Assembly (NCBI GenBank): GCA_016283175.1
Contig: JAEEMK010000075.1
Location: 4,724 to 68,723 of the forward strand
Length of the DNA stretch: 64,000 nucleotides
Direction: 5' to 3'
Source: Bacteroidales bacterium
GTDB lineage: Bacteria > Bacteroidota > Bacteroidia > Bacteroidales > P3
This document shows positions 1 through 9,722 of the stretch, piece by piece. The stretch's first letter is position 1, and each line of letters opens with the position of its first letter. The translations under genes were made by a program, and so were the position numbers. The notes beneath the pieces are model-generated. The model had not been told where the DNA came from. It worked only from the letters and a program-made list of their open reading frames with translations, and searched no databases.

Positions 1-699
1 TGCTTCGACTATGGCTTCGGTCCCTTCCGTTGGGTCTGCACTAGCGGTAAGCCCGAAGACCTCGACAAGAGCGACCATATTGCTATGGACGTTTTGGCAG
101 AAATTGCTGCCACAGCCCCTGCCGAGATTCAGCAACAGATGCACGACAACATCCAGTGGATCAAGGGTGCCAAAGAAAACCACCTCGTTGTTGGTAGCCA
201 AGCGCGTATCCTCTATGCCGACTGCGAAGGCCGTACCAAGATTGCTGCCCGCTTCAACGAAGCTATCCGCAAGGGCGAAATCTCAGCTCCCATCGTCCTT
301 GGACGCGACCACCACGACGTAAGCGGCACCGACAGTCCATTCCGTGAAACCTCAAACATCTATGACGGTAGCAACCGTTGTGCCGATATGGCCGTCCAGA
401 ACGTCATCGGCGACAGTTTCCGTGGCGCCACTTGGGTCAGCATCCACAATGGCGGTGGCGTAGGCTGGGGCGAAGTGATGAACGGCGGCTTCGGTATGGT
501 GCTTGACGGCAGCGAAGCTTGCGACCGCAGACTGCGTATGATGCTCCATTGGGACGTTAACAACGGCATCAGCCGCCGCAGCTGGGCCCGCAACGAAGGA
601 GCTATGTTCGCCATAAAACGCGCTATGGACATCTGTCCCGAGCTGAAGGTTACGATGCCCAACCTCGTTGACGACAATATCCTTGAAGGATTGTTCTAA
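1..699 (+). CDS. hutU: Urocanate hydratase, C-terminal part (5' end outside window)
   Basis: Frame 1 is open from base 1 (CFDYGFGPFRWVCTSGKPEDL...) and runs into listed ORF 85..699. GRDHHDVSGTDSPFRETSN and SIHNGGGVGWGEVMNGG are stretches I recognise from urocanases. Stop at 697..699. Confidence 0.9.
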   Translation, partial: CFDYGFGPFRWVCTSGKPEDLDKSDHIAMDVLAEIAATAPAEIQQQMHDNIQWIKGAKENHLVVGSQARILYADCEGRTKIAARFNEAIRKGEISAPIVLGRDHHDVSGTDSPFRETSNIYDGSNRCADMAVQNVIGDSFRGATWVSIHNGGGVGWGEVMNGGFGMVLDGSEACDRRLRMMLHWDVNNGISRRSWARNEGAMFAIKRAMDICPELKVTMPNLVDDNILEGLF

Positions 700-725
700 T
701 AGACTGTAACGGTGATAAAAAAAAA

Positions 726-754
726 GGCCGTAGGAACAATCCCGACGGCCTTTT
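726..754. terminator. Bidirectional rho-independent terminator between convergent hutU and asnS
   Basis: GGCCGT..12 nt..ACGGCC stem. It is preceded by an A-run (716..725) and followed by TTTT. Confidence 0.6.
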
Positions 755-770
755 ATATTGATGTATTGAT

Positions 771-2180
771 TTAGAATTCCGCTGTCTTGGGTGTTCTCGG
801 GAAGGGGATGACGTCGCGGATGTTGGCCATACCGGTGACGAAGAGCATCAGACGCTCGAAACCTAAACCGAAGCCAGCGTGCGGGCAGCTGCCATAGCGG
901 CGGGTGTCGAGGTACCACCACATATCCTTCATCGGGATATTGAGTTCAGTGATGCGTGTCATCAGTTTGTCGTAGTTCTCCTCACGCACCGAACCGCCAA
1001 TAATCTCGCCAATCTGTGGGAACAGCACGTCGGTACCTTGTACGGTCTTGCCATCGTCGTTCTGCTTCATATAGAAAGCCTTGATCTCCTTCGGGTAGTC
1101 AATCATAATGACTGGTTTCTTGAAGTGCTCCTCAACGAGGAAACGCTCGTGTTCCGATGCCAGGTCGACGCCCCAGCTGACGGGGAACTCAAACTTATGA
1201 CCCTTGGCCACAGCCTCTTCAAGTATCTTGATACCCTCGGTGTAAGGCAGACGCACAAAATCGGTGTCGATTACACTCTTCAGGCGCTCAATAAGACCCT
1301 TGTCAATCATATTGTTCAAAAACTCAAGATCCTCCTTGCAGTTGTCAAGAGCCCACTTGACGAGGAATTTAATAAACTCCTCCTCCAAAGCAGTAAGGTC
1401 GTCGATGTCGTAGAAGGCCATCTCAGGCTCCACCATCCAGAACTCGGCAAGGTGGCGCGGAGTGTTGCTGTTCTCGGCACGGAATGTGGGTCCGAAAGTG
1501 TATATTGAACCCAGTGCGGTGGCACCCAGTTCGCCTTCCAGCTGGCCGCTGACAGTCAAAGCTGTCTGCTTGCCGAAGAAGTCCTGCTCATAGTCCACCG
1601 TGCCGTCCTCTTTCTTGGGTATATTGTTGAGGTCCATAGTGGTAACCTGGAACATCTCGCCGGCACCCTCGCAGTCGCTGGCCGTGATGAGAGGCGTGTG
1701 GAAGTAGAAGAAACCTTTCTGGTGGAAGAAAGTATGGATGGCGTAGGCCATTTCGTGGCGCATACGCATCACGGCACCAAATGTGTTTGTACGCGGACGC
1801 AGATGCCCTATTTCACGCAGGAATTCCATCGAGTGACCCTTCTTCTGCAATGGGTAGGTCTCTGGATCAGCCTCACCGTAGAGTGTGATTCTTTCGGCTT
1901 GAATTTCAACAGCCTGTCCGGCACCCTGGCTCTTTACAAGTTTGCCGTCCACACCTATGCAGGCACCTGTGGTGATGCGACGCATCAAGTCCTCGTCGGC
2001 CTTGGCAAGGTCGACAACTATCTGTAGGTTGGTGATAATCGAACCGTCGTTGAGTGCAATGAAGGCGACGTTTTTGTTGCCGCGCTTGGTCCGTACCCAT
2101 CCTTTGACGTTTATTGTTGTGTCTATCAAGGCATCAACAGGTGCCTTGAAAAGTTTAACTATAGGTATACGTTTGTCCAT
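771..2180 (-). CDS. asnS: Asparagine--tRNA ligase
   Basis: 469 aa. N-terminal OB-fold ([23 protein letters not shown]). Class II core motifs ([33 protein letters not shown]). Confidence 0.95.
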   Translation of the reverse strand: MDKRIPIVKLFKAPVDALIDTTINVKGWVRTKRGNKNVAFIALNDGSIITNLQIVVDLAKADEDLMRRITTGACIGVDGKLVKSQGAGQAVEIQAERITLYGEADPETYPLQKKGHSMEFLREIGHLRPRTNTFGAVMRMRHEMAYAIHTFFHQKGFFYFHTPLITASDCEGAGEMFQVTTMDLNNIPKKEDGTVDYEQDFFGKQTALTVSGQLEGELGATALGSIYTFGPTFRAENSNTPRHLAEFWMVEPEMAFYDIDDLTALEEEFIKFLVKWALDNCKEDLEFLNNMIDKGLIERLKSVIDTDFVRLPYTEGIKILEEAVAKGHKFEFPVSWGVDLASEHERFLVEEHFKKPVIMIDYPKEIKAFYMKQNDDGKTVQGTDVLFPQIGEIIGGSVREENYDKLMTRITELNIPMKDMWWYLDTRRYGSCPHAGFGLGFERLMLFVTGMANIRDVIPFPRTPKTAEF

Positions 2181-2243
2181 TTTAGTTGTGAATATTCTTT
2201 TAGTGACGTAACAACGGAAATCCTCTTTTTTTATTGTATAAAA

Positions 2244-3371
2244 TTATTCTAATGTAGAATTTTTCTTCTTGCTTTTCAACAGTTCAACGTCTGAGTTGAA
2301 CTTCATTAGTTGGTCTTCCTGGTCGCGACGACATATGAGCAATGTGTCGACGCCGGCGGCAACAATGTAGTTGTCAAGTCCTTGGATGACAGCATATTTG
2401 TCGGGGTTAAGGTGCACAATGCATTTTTTGGAGTCGTAGGTGATAACGTGGCCCGAAGCAATGGCATTGCCGTTCTCGTCTTTGGGTTTTGCCATATAGA
2501 GCGAATCCCAAGTCTCGACATCCGACCATCCGAATTCAGCCTCAAGCACATACACATTATCGGCTTTCTCTATGATGCCATAGTCCACCGATATCGTTTG
2601 TGCCTGTGTGTAGATATCCTTCAACTGCTTTGGCGATGTATCGGTCGTTAGAGTGAAAAAACGCTCGGCAATTTGTGGCAGATATCGTTGGTATGCATTT
2701 ATAAGCACTGGCAAACGCCAGATGAAGATACCTGCATTCCATAGGAATTCGCCTGACGAAATAAACTGGCACGCCATCTCGAATGGCGGCTTTTCGACAA
2801 AGGTTACCACTTTGTGTATTTTTGACGACGTGCCGCGGATGCCGGCTTCGCGGAACTGTATGTATCCGTATTTGATATTGGGGTTTACAGGACGTGCGCC
2901 GAGGGTGACAATCCAGTCGTGCGAATCTACCATACTTATTGCATCGTTGATATTGCGTTCGAACTCTTCATTGCCGAAAACAGCGTGGTCCGACGGTGTA
3001 ACAACGATATTGGCATTGGGGTTTATACCGTTGATTATCGATGCCGCATAGGCAATGCAGGGTGCTGTGTTGCGGCGGAAAGGCTCGCAAAGGATTTGGT
3101 AATCAAGCAGGTCTGGTATCTGTTTGCGTACCTGTGCCTCGTGGGCCTTTGTGGTGACTATGATGATGTTCTCTCGTGGGCAGACAGTCTCGAAACGTCG
3201 GAAAGTGTTCTGTATCATTGACTCACCTGACCCCATCAGATCGATGAATTGTTTTGGCTTGGTCACAGAGCACAACGGCCAAAACCGACTGCCGAAACCA
3301 CCAGCCATAATGATGCAGAAGTTGTTTGGATTAAGATTTTTCAAAGTAATGTATTTTTTTTCAGGTTTCAT
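2244..3371 (-). CDS. Mannose-1-phosphate guanylyltransferase (NTP-transferase family)
   Basis: 375 aa. N-terminal IMAGGFGSRFWPLCSVTKPKQF nucleotidyl-transferase loop, with length and layout typical of ManC-type enzymes. Confidence 0.8.
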   Translation of the reverse strand: MKPEKKYITLKNLNPNNFCIIMAGGFGSRFWPLCSVTKPKQFIDLMGSGESMIQNTFRRFETVCPRENIIIVTTKAHEAQVRKQIPDLLDYQILCEPFRRNTAPCIAYAASIINGINPNANIVVTPSDHAVFGNEEFERNINDAISMVDSHDWIVTLGARPVNPNIKYGYIQFREAGIRGTSSKIHKVVTFVEKPPFEMACQFISSGEFLWNAGIFIWRLPVLINAYQRYLPQIAERFFTLTTDTSPKQLKDIYTQAQTISVDYGIIEKADNVYVLEAEFGWSDVETWDSLYMAKPKDENGNAIASGHVITYDSKKCIVHLNPDKYAVIQGLDNYIVAAGVDTLLICRRDQEDQLMKFNSDVELLKSKKKNSTLE

Positions 3372-3375
3372 TCAA

Positions 3376-4170
3376 TCACACACTCACTTCGCCTTTTATG
3401 TGCGGGTGAGGATTGTAGTTTTCGAGTGTAAAATCCTCATAGTCAAAACTGAAGATGTTTTTTTTGTCAGGATTTATGTGCATTGTCGGCAGTGGGCGTG
3501 GGTCGCGCGTCAGCTGCAGTTTGCATTGCTCTGTGTGGTTGTTGTAGATGTGTGCGTCGCCAAAAGTATGCACAAAGTCACCGCATTTCAGCCCGGTTGC
3601 CTGTGCAATCATCATTGTAAAAAGGGCATAGGAGGCTATGTTGAACGGCACACCGAGGAAGATGTCTGCCGAGCGCTGGTACAGTTGACACGACAGGCGT
3701 CCGTTGGCGACATAGAACTGGAAAAGTATGTGGCACGGCGGCAGAGCCATACGGTCTATCTCACCGACATTCCAGGCCGACACCAACAGGCGACGTGAGT
3801 CGGGATTGGTTTTTATTTGCTCGATAAGGTTGGTAATCTGGTCGATATGGCTCCCGTCGGCACATCCCCACGAACGCCATTGATGGCCGTAGATAGGACC
3901 CAGGTCGCCGTCCTTGTCGGCCCACTCGTCCCAAATTGTTACCTTGTGGTCGTGCAGATAGCCGATGTTTGTTTCTCCACGAAGGAACCACAGTAGTTCG
4001 TATATTATGGATCGTAGATGCAACTTCTTGGTAGTCAGCAGCGGGAAACCGTCGTCAAGATGGAAGCGCATCTGATAGCCAAAGATGCTGCGCGTTCCCG
4101 TCCCTGTGCGGTCTTCTTTCTGCACACCATTGTCAAGCACATATTGTAGAAGGTCAAGATATTGCTTCAT
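3376..4170 (-). CDS. thyA: Thymidylate synthase
   Basis: 264 aa. [15 protein letters not shown]...[18 protein letters not shown] active-site Cys, [12 protein letters not shown]. Confidence 0.97.
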   Translation of the reverse strand: MKQYLDLLQYVLDNGVQKEDRTGTGTRSIFGYQMRFHLDDGFPLLTTKKLHLRSIIYELLWFLRGETNIGYLHDHKVTIWDEWADKDGDLGPIYGHQWRSWGCADGSHIDQITNLIEQIKTNPDSRRLLVSAWNVGEIDRMALPPCHILFQFYVANGRLSCQLYQRSADIFLGVPFNIASYALFTMMIAQATGLKCGDFVHTFGDAHIYNNHTEQCKLQLTRDPRPLPTMHINPDKKNIFSFDYEDFTLENYNPHPHIKGEVSV

Positions 4171-4422
4171 AAATTGTTATGTAATTCTTATTGTTTATTA
4201 ACGCACTTGTGACGAAATAATTGTGTATGATTTAAAATATAATTCCAGGGTTCCTTCTGAGTCTCTTTTCCAATGGTCAATATCTAATGGCAAAATTGAA
4301 GTCATTACGGATTTACTGAAAAATGTGAATTATCATAGAATCAGCTGTTTGACTAAAAATGGCTTGAAAATAACCACTTTTATAACCTATTGAACGCCAG
4401 TCTTTCAAGGTACCTTCTCTGG

Positions 4423-4494
4423 CATATGTACAGTATTTGTACAGTATATGTACAGTATTTGTACGCTTTTTAAGCGTACAAATACCGTACATAT
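4423..4494. repeat. Palindromic TGTACAGTATW-array element, copy 1 (right arm truncated and degenerate)
   Basis: The sequence is CATA TGTACAGTATT TGTACAGTATA TGTACAGTATT TGTACGCT tttta AGCGTACA AATACCGTACA TATA. It belongs to the same family as 17184..17296 and 63020..63120. Confidence 0.8.
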
Positions 4495-4598
4495 AGTGTT
4501 CAAGTAACGTACAACAAACAGAATTGGTATTGATTCTATGGATGTTATCTCGTACGTTTTCGACGTTCTTTAACCTTTGTTAACATTTCGGAAGAGCT

Positions 4599-5753
4599 TT
4601 ACCGAGGCAGGGTAGAGGAGGGTATATATTTGAACCAAAGTTCGCAGGCTCCAGTTGGGTTCTGTTCTAGGAATACGCCGATGCCGCCGCTCGGCATCAG
4701 GGTTAGTGACGAATAGACCGAGGGTCCGTCGAAAAGGAGCATCGGGTCTATCCAGCTTTGACCTTCGTCGTAACTGAAAAAGAGACTTACATCCTCGCGT
4801 TGCATCGAATTGGGAAGGCTGTGAACCAGCATATTGCAACTGTCGCCACGGTCGGTGGCCTTGACGCGCAGGATGTCGCCGTTGCAGGCGTTGGTGGTCA
4901 TTTCCGTCCAGCGGCCTTGTGTGCCCCACGTCTGTCCGCAGTCGTTGCTGTAATTATAACCGCGAGCACCGCTTTGGCGCACGCTGATGAGTATGCGACC
5001 GTCGGTGAGTTCCATCAGTTTGGCCTCGTCGCCGCTGCTGTATGCGCGGCTGGAAACGCTCCAAGAGTGGCCGTCGTCGTCGCTGTAGACTACGAAATTG
5101 TCGAGGGTATTGGCACTTTTGCGGCACATTGCGGCGGCAAACATAATGCGCCCTTTGTGTGCTCCGCGCGTAAGCCGAAGGCCGTTGCCGCTGCCGAAAA
5201 ACGAGGCTTTGTAGTTGCGGCAGGTGGTGTTTGTGGCCTGGCTGCCCCACAGTTGGGCGGTGATGTCCTCGGGTTGGCTCCACGTTAGTCCGCCGTCGGT
5301 GCTGCGGCACACATAGCTGCGTATCGGGTCGCTCTCGGTTGATGCCCACAGACCGTTGCCGCCTACGAAAACGCACACTACATCGCCATTCTCGCACTGC
5401 ACAAGGGCAGCATCGCCATAGCCGTGTTTGTAGCCTGTGCCTTCAGCGATGGTCACAGGCTCGCTCCAAGTGTGGCCTCCGTCGGTGCTGCGACGGCTCA
5501 CAATGTCAATGTCCTCGGGAAGGTCTGTCTCGTTGTACTTGCGTTTGTCGCAAACAGCCAGCAGGCTGCCGTCATTAAGACACAGCAGGGCAGGAATGCG
5601 CCAGTTCGCGCTGCCGTAGTCGCCGGGGCTGAACAGGCAGACGTCGAAGGCTGTGTCGACGACTGGCGACGGTGTGTCTGGCTCTTCGCCAACCACTTTT
5701 GTGCAGCTTGACATAGCCAGAACCATTAGTAAAGGGTAAATGTATTTTTTCAT
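4599..5753 (-). CDS. Exo-alpha-sialidase (BNR/Asp-box, GH33-like) lipoprotein
   Basis: 384 aa. Lipoprotein signal MKKYIYPLLMVLAMSSC. Five Asp-boxes (STDGGHTWS, STDGGLTWS, SDDDGHSWS, SNDCGQTWG, SYDEGQSW). RIPAL motif near the N-terminus. Confidence 0.85.
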   Translation of the reverse strand: MKKYIYPLLMVLAMSSCTKVVGEEPDTPSPVVDTAFDVCLFSPGDYGSANWRIPALLCLNDGSLLAVCDKRKYNETDLPEDIDIVSRRSTDGGHTWSEPVTIAEGTGYKHGYGDAALVQCENGDVVCVFVGGNGLWASTESDPIRSYVCRSTDGGLTWSQPEDITAQLWGSQATNTTCRNYKASFFGSGNGLRLTRGAHKGRIMFAAAMCRKSANTLDNFVVYSDDDGHSWSVSSRAYSSGDEAKLMELTDGRILISVRQSGARGYNYSNDCGQTWGTQGRWTEMTTNACNGDILRVKATDRGDSCNMLVHSLPNSMQREDVSLFFSYDEGQSWIDPMLLFDGPSVYSSLTLMPSGGIGVFLEQNPTGACELWFKYIPSSTLPR

Positions 5754-5765
5754 ATTGTTTTCTTC

Positions 5766-6239
5766 TTAGAATACTTCCTTTATAGTCTGTGCAATTCCGT
5801 TTACGATGAAATTGTCGCCGGTTGTTTTACCCTTGATTGCCAGATAAATGGGTGTCTGGGCGCTGATGGCGAAATAATAGTGCATTCCGGTGGGCGACTC
5901 GGGGTCGTTGACAACGAATTTGCCGGCACCGATGCTGAGAAAGAAACGTTGTTTGTCGGTGATGACGATGGCACCGTGCTCGGCACGGTCGAAGGGCGGA
6001 AGACGCAGAGCCTCTTGTAGATAGCGAAGGCTGGCATTGGCGTTGCTGAGCTGTTTGGCGTACATATCGCGAGCACGCATCATTTTGGTGCGGTAGCTGT
6101 CGTAGCGGTCCACATTGGCACCATAGTCGTTGCTCTGCTGCTGCGCCGAGTCCATCTCCTGCTTGGCCACGTTCGCAATGTGCTGCTGATGGGCAATGCA
6201 GGCATTGATTACTTTTACTCGTTTTTCTTCTCGTGTCAT
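5766..6239 (-). CDS. GreA/GreB-family-like protein (paralogue; function uncertain)
   Basis: The track ORF starts at a TTG, so I trimmed it to the ATG (MTREEK...). It has a coiled-coil-like N-terminal half. The C-terminal ISAQTPIYLAIKGKTTGDNFIVNG resembles the GreA C-terminal SxxSPxGxALxGKxxGD pattern. Confidence 0.5.
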   Translation of the reverse strand: MTREEKRVKVINACIAHQQHIANVAKQEMDSAQQQSNDYGANVDRYDSYRTKMMRARDMYAKQLSNANASLRYLQEALRLPPFDRAEHGAIVITDKQRFFLSIGAGKFVVNDPESPTGMHYYFAISAQTPIYLAIKGKTTGDNFIVNGIAQTIKEVF

Positions 6240-6315
6240 ATTGTGGTGTAATAAAACGGGCAACCACAGAACTGTGGCTGCCCGTGGGTTTTCAGGTTAT
6301 TGGTGCAGCGTCGTG

Positions 6316-7530
6316 TCAGAGGCGTCCTGGATAAACCTTCAGGGCCTCTTCGAGGCACTTCATTGCCTTCTTGAGGTCTTCGATGCAGATGCAGTAGGTG
6401 ATACGTGCCTGATGACGACCACGCTCGGGATCTTCGTAGAAACCCGTAGCTGGAGCCAGCATAACTGTGGCGCCTTCGTAGTTGAAATCTGTCAGCAACC
6501 ACTGGCAGAATTTGTCGCTATCATCGATGGGCAGGTCTATAACGGTGTAGAACGCGCCTTTGGGCATCGGACAGAAGCAACCGGGAATCTTGTTGACGCC
6601 CTCGACCACAACGTTGCGGCGAGCCACATATTCGGCCTGCACTCTGTCGAAATATTCCTGCGGAGTGTCGACTGCGGCCTCGGCAAAAATCTGGCCGAAC
6701 GACGGTGGGGACAGACGAGCTTGGGCCAGACGCATAGCGATGGCGTAGACTTCGCTGTTGCGGGTCACCATACATCCTACACGTGCACCGCAGGCGCTAT
6801 AGCGTTTCGATACGGAGTCGAAAAGGATGACGTTGCGCTCCAGTCCTTCAAGCTGCATTACGCTGAAGTGCTTCTCGCCGTCGTAGCAGAACTCGCGGTA
6901 TACCTCGTCGGCAAAGAGATATAGGTCGTATTTCTTCACCAGACCGGCAACTTTCAGCAATTCCTCGTGGGTGTAGAGATATCCCGTTGGGTTGTTTGGG
7001 TTGCAGATCATAATGGCACGGGTGCGCGGTGTGATGGCTTTTTCAAAGTCCTCGATGGGGGGCAGTGCAAAGCCGGTCTTTATATCGCTGGGAATGGTGA
7101 CGATCTTGGCGTCGCACAGCTTGGCAAACGTGTTATAATTGGTGTAATACGGTTCGGGAATGATGATTTCGTCGCCAGGATTGAGACAGACGGTGAAAGC
7201 CATCTGCAAAGCCTCGCTGCCACCAGTGGTGACGATTATCTGATTGGGAGTCACGTCGATGCCGTGACGATGGTAGTAGTTGCACAGTGCACGGCGATAG
7301 CTGGGTATACCTGCCGAATGGCTGTATTCGAGAACGCCTTTCCATTGCGGAAGTTCGCGGGCATTGTCAGCCAAAGCTTTGAGTGCTCCTTTGGGTGTCT
7401 CGATATCGGGTTGGCCTATGTTGAGGTGGTATACGTGTATGCCGCGCTCTTTTGCTGCATCGGCAAAGGGAACAAGTTTGCGGATTGCCGACTGGGGCAG
7501 CTCGTTGCCTTTCTTTGAAATCTGTGGCAT
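6316..7530 (-). CDS. Class I/II PLP-dependent aminotransferase (aspartate/aromatic type)
   Basis: 404 aa. The PLP-lysine context is SVSKRYSACGARVG. CNPNNPTG motif. Confidence 0.85.
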   Translation of the reverse strand: MPQISKKGNELPQSAIRKLVPFADAAKERGIHVYHLNIGQPDIETPKGALKALADNARELPQWKGVLEYSHSAGIPSYRRALCNYYHRHGIDVTPNQIIVTTGGSEALQMAFTVCLNPGDEIIIPEPYYTNYNTFAKLCDAKIVTIPSDIKTGFALPPIEDFEKAITPRTRAIMICNPNNPTGYLYTHEELLKVAGLVKKYDLYLFADEVYREFCYDGEKHFSVMQLEGLERNVILFDSVSKRYSACGARVGCMVTRNSEVYAIAMRLAQARLSPPSFGQIFAEAAVDTPQEYFDRVQAEYVARRNVVVEGVNKIPGCFCPMPKGAFYTVIDLPIDDSDKFCQWLLTDFNYEGATVMLAPATGFYEDPERGRHQARITYCICIEDLKKAMKCLEEALKVYPGRL

Positions 7531-7554
7531 AATTGTGTTGTTTGTTGTTCGGAA

Positions 7555-7956
7555 TTATTCTACTTTACCTTTGATTTTGAGTGTGGTGCGCGGTGCGTTG
7601 ACGGCGTTGCAGGTGACTGTGATGGTCTTGGTGAAAGCACCCACGTTGTTGGTGTTGTAGCGCACTTTGATGGAACCTTCCTTGCCAGGCATAATGGGCT
7701 CTTTGGTCCAAGTTGGAACAGTGCAGCCGCAACTGGCTTTAACGTTGCTGAGAATCAGAGGCTCGTTGCCTTCGTTTGTGAAGACAAACTCGCAGTTGCC
7801 GTCGCCACCTTTTTTGATGGTGCCGTAGTTGTGCTCCTGCTCGGTGAAGGAGATTTTAGGACCGTCGGCGGGCTGGTCCTGGGTCTTTACATCTTGAGCG
7901 TTGATGGCGGTGAAAGCCAAGCTTACAAACAGACTTAACAAAAAGAATTTCTTCAT
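7555..7956 (-). CDS. DUF1573 domain-containing secreted protein
   Basis: Trimmed to MKKFFLLSLFVSLAFTAINAQ (signal peptide). FTNEGNEPLILSNVKASCGCTVP is the DUF1573 signature as I recall it. The track's longer start contains the promoter box. Confidence 0.7.
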   Translation of the reverse strand: MKKFFLLSLFVSLAFTAINAQDVKTQDQPADGPKISFTEQEHNYGTIKKGGDGNCEFVFTNEGNEPLILSNVKASCGCTVPTWTKEPIMPGKEGSIKVRYNTNNVGAFTKTITVTCNAVNAPRTTLKIKGKVE

Positions 7957-8000
7957 AATAGGTTGTTTTTTGATGTTTATTGTTTCCTTGAAATAGTGTG

Positions 8001-8008
8001 CAAAAATA
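8001..8008 (-). promoter_or_regulatory. Bacteroidetes-type -7 promoter box (TATTTTTG) for the DUF1573 gene
   Basis: The reverse complement of CAAAAATA is TATTTTTG, which matches the TAnnTTTG consensus about 45 nt upstream of ATG 7956. Confidence 0.45.
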
Positions 8009-8203
8009 CACATTTTTTTGTTGATGTTACTGTTTAGTGTGAAAAATATTGTTTTTTTTTGTTTTTTTATGTTTTTTTTGTTTCACTGCTTTAGTATCAG
8101 TTTTAGCTGTTTTATTGCAACGTTCGTCGGGTGAATGTTGTGTCGAAAAAACGGTTGGAAAAATTATTTTTTAAAAATGTTCCTGTGGTCCAAAAAAAAT
8201 GCG

Positions 8204-8211
8204 TATCTTTG
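8204..8211 (+). promoter_or_regulatory. -7 promoter box (TATCTTTG) of the oxidoreductase operon
   Basis: TAnnTTTG match 57 nt upstream of ATG 8268. Confidence 0.45.
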
Positions 8212-8267
8212 CAGCCTTGAACAAGCAAATTCAATTTTTACAATATTAATCGTATAAAACTAACATT

Positions 8268-8486
8268 ATGGCATTTAAAGGACAAATAGTTATCGACGTC
8301 GAGCGCTGCAAAGGCTGCGGAGTCTGTCTTGAGGCCTGCCCAATGCACTGCATCGAGCTGTCGAAAAATGTAAACGGCAAGGGTTACAATTTTACCCATA
8401 CCGTCAATGACAACTGCATCGGTTGCGCAAGCTGCGCCATCGTATGCCCGGATGGTGTTATCTCCGTCTACAAGGTTAAATGTTAA
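8268..8486 (+). CDS. 2-oxoacid:ferredoxin oxidoreductase, delta (2x[4Fe-4S] ferredoxin) subunit
   Basis: 72 aa with two CxxCxxCxxxCP clusters (CKGCGVCLEACP, CIGCASCAIVCP). It is the first gene of a four-gene operon. Confidence 0.85.
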   Translation: MAFKGQIVIDVERCKGCGVCLEACPMHCIELSKNVNGKGYNFTHTVNDNCIGCASCAIVCPDGVISVYKVKC

Positions 8487-8509
8487 ACAAGTAAAAAAGA
8501 AACAATAAA

Positions 8510-9607
8510 ATGGCAAAAGAACTGAAATTAATGAAGGGCAACGAGGCTATTGCCCGCGCTATGATTGCCAGCGGTACGGACGGCTATTTCGGCTATCCTA
8601 TCACTCCGCAATCTGAAGTTATGGAAACTCTTATGGCCGAACGTCCTTGGGACCCCAAAGGTGAGAACTACACCGGTATGGTTGTCCTCCAGGCAGAGTC
8701 AGAGCTCGCTTCTATCAATATGGTTTATGGCGGTGCCGCTACAGGTAAAAAGGTTGCCACATCGTCTTCTTCGCCCGGAATCTCGCTGATGGCTGAAGGC
8801 TTGACTTATCTTGCTGGCGCTGAAATTCCCTGCGTTATTATGAATGCTATGCGCGGTGGCCCCGGTCTGGGCACTATCCAGCCCGCTCAGAGCGACTATT
8901 TCCAGAGTACCAAGGGTGGTGGACACGGTGACTATCAGCTCTATGTTCTGGCCCCCTCGTCGGTGCAGGAAATGTACGACTTTGTTTTCGACGCTTGGGA
9001 TATTGCTTTCAAGTATCGCAATCCTGTCCTGATCCTCACTGATGGTGCTATTGGACAGTGTATGGAGAAATGTTACACCCGCGACAATGTTCCTCGTTGG
9101 ACTGAGGAAGAGCGCCGCGCCAATGCTCCTTGGGGCACTTGGGGCAAACCCGCAACCCGTGGTCACAACATCATCACATCACTGGAACTTGAGTCATCTC
9201 GTCAGGAAGTCTTCAACCAGAAACTTCAGGCTAAATATGCTGAAATGAAGGAGAAAGAAGTCCGCTATGAAGCTCTGAACTGCGACGATGCTGACTATGT
9301 CTTTGTGGCTTACGGTACCTCTGCCCGTATCTGTATGAAGTCAATGGAACTCGCTCGTGCAAAGGGTTTGAAGGTCGGTCTTCTCCGTCCTATCACTCTC
9401 TATCCTTTCCCGACCAAACAAGTGGCTGAACTTGCTACTCGCGTTAAAGGTATGCTTTGCGTGGAAATGAGCGCAGGTCAGATGATTGAGGATGTGAAAC
9501 TTGCTGCTGACTGCAAGATTCCTATCGAGCACTATGGCCGCTTCGGTGGTATCATCCCCACTCCTGAGGAAGTTCTTGAAGCAATGGAAAACAAAATCAT
9601 AAAATAA
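8510..9607 (+). CDS. 2-oxoacid:ferredoxin oxidoreductase, alpha subunit (KorA/VorB type)
   Basis: 365 aa. MKGNEAIARAMIASGTDGYFGYPITPQSE is typical of POR/KOR alpha N-termini. Operon context supports the call. Confidence 0.88.
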   Translation: MAKELKLMKGNEAIARAMIASGTDGYFGYPITPQSEVMETLMAERPWDPKGENYTGMVVLQAESELASINMVYGGAATGKKVATSSSSPGISLMAEGLTYLAGAEIPCVIMNAMRGGPGLGTIQPAQSDYFQSTKGGGHGDYQLYVLAPSSVQEMYDFVFDAWDIAFKYRNPVLILTDGAIGQCMEKCYTRDNVPRWTEEERRANAPWGTWGKPATRGHNIITSLELESSRQEVFNQKLQAKYAEMKEKEVRYEALNCDDADYVFVAYGTSARICMKSMELARAKGLKVGLLRPITLYPFPTKQVAELATRVKGMLCVEMSAGQMIEDVKLAADCKIPIEHYGRFGGIIPTPEEVLEAMENKIIK

Positions 9608-9664
9608 AGTTTAAAAGGTTGGAAAGGCAGAAAAGGTGAAGAGCGGAAGTGAACGCCCCTCTAT

Positions 9665-9714
9665 AAAACCTAAAACCTTTAAAACCTTTAAAACCCTTTA
9701 AACCTTTAAAACCC
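9665..9714. repeat. Intercistronic TTTAAAACC tandem array (about 6 units)
   Basis: The array reads aaaacc taaaacc tttaaaacc tttaaaaccc tttaaacc tttaaaaccc. It follows a purine-rich stretch (9611..9650: aaaaggttggaaaggcagaaaaggtgaag) that can pair with it. Confidence 0.8.
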
Positions 9715-9722
9715 AAAGAAAA

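Noticed and set aside
5766-6239. A second bona fide greA/greB
   Set aside because: The true GreA, with the full conserved N-terminal coiled-coil acidic tip, is at 31108..31581. This protein shares only a C-terminal-domain-like pattern, so I call it Gre-like with low confidence.
8014-8100. T-rich tracts (T10, T7, T8) upstream of the oxidoreductase operon, considered as phase-variable switches
   Set aside because: They lie more than 100 nt upstream of the promoter box and outside any ORF. They look like generic AT-rich upstream DNA, and none reaches the length or position that would suggest slipped-strand control.
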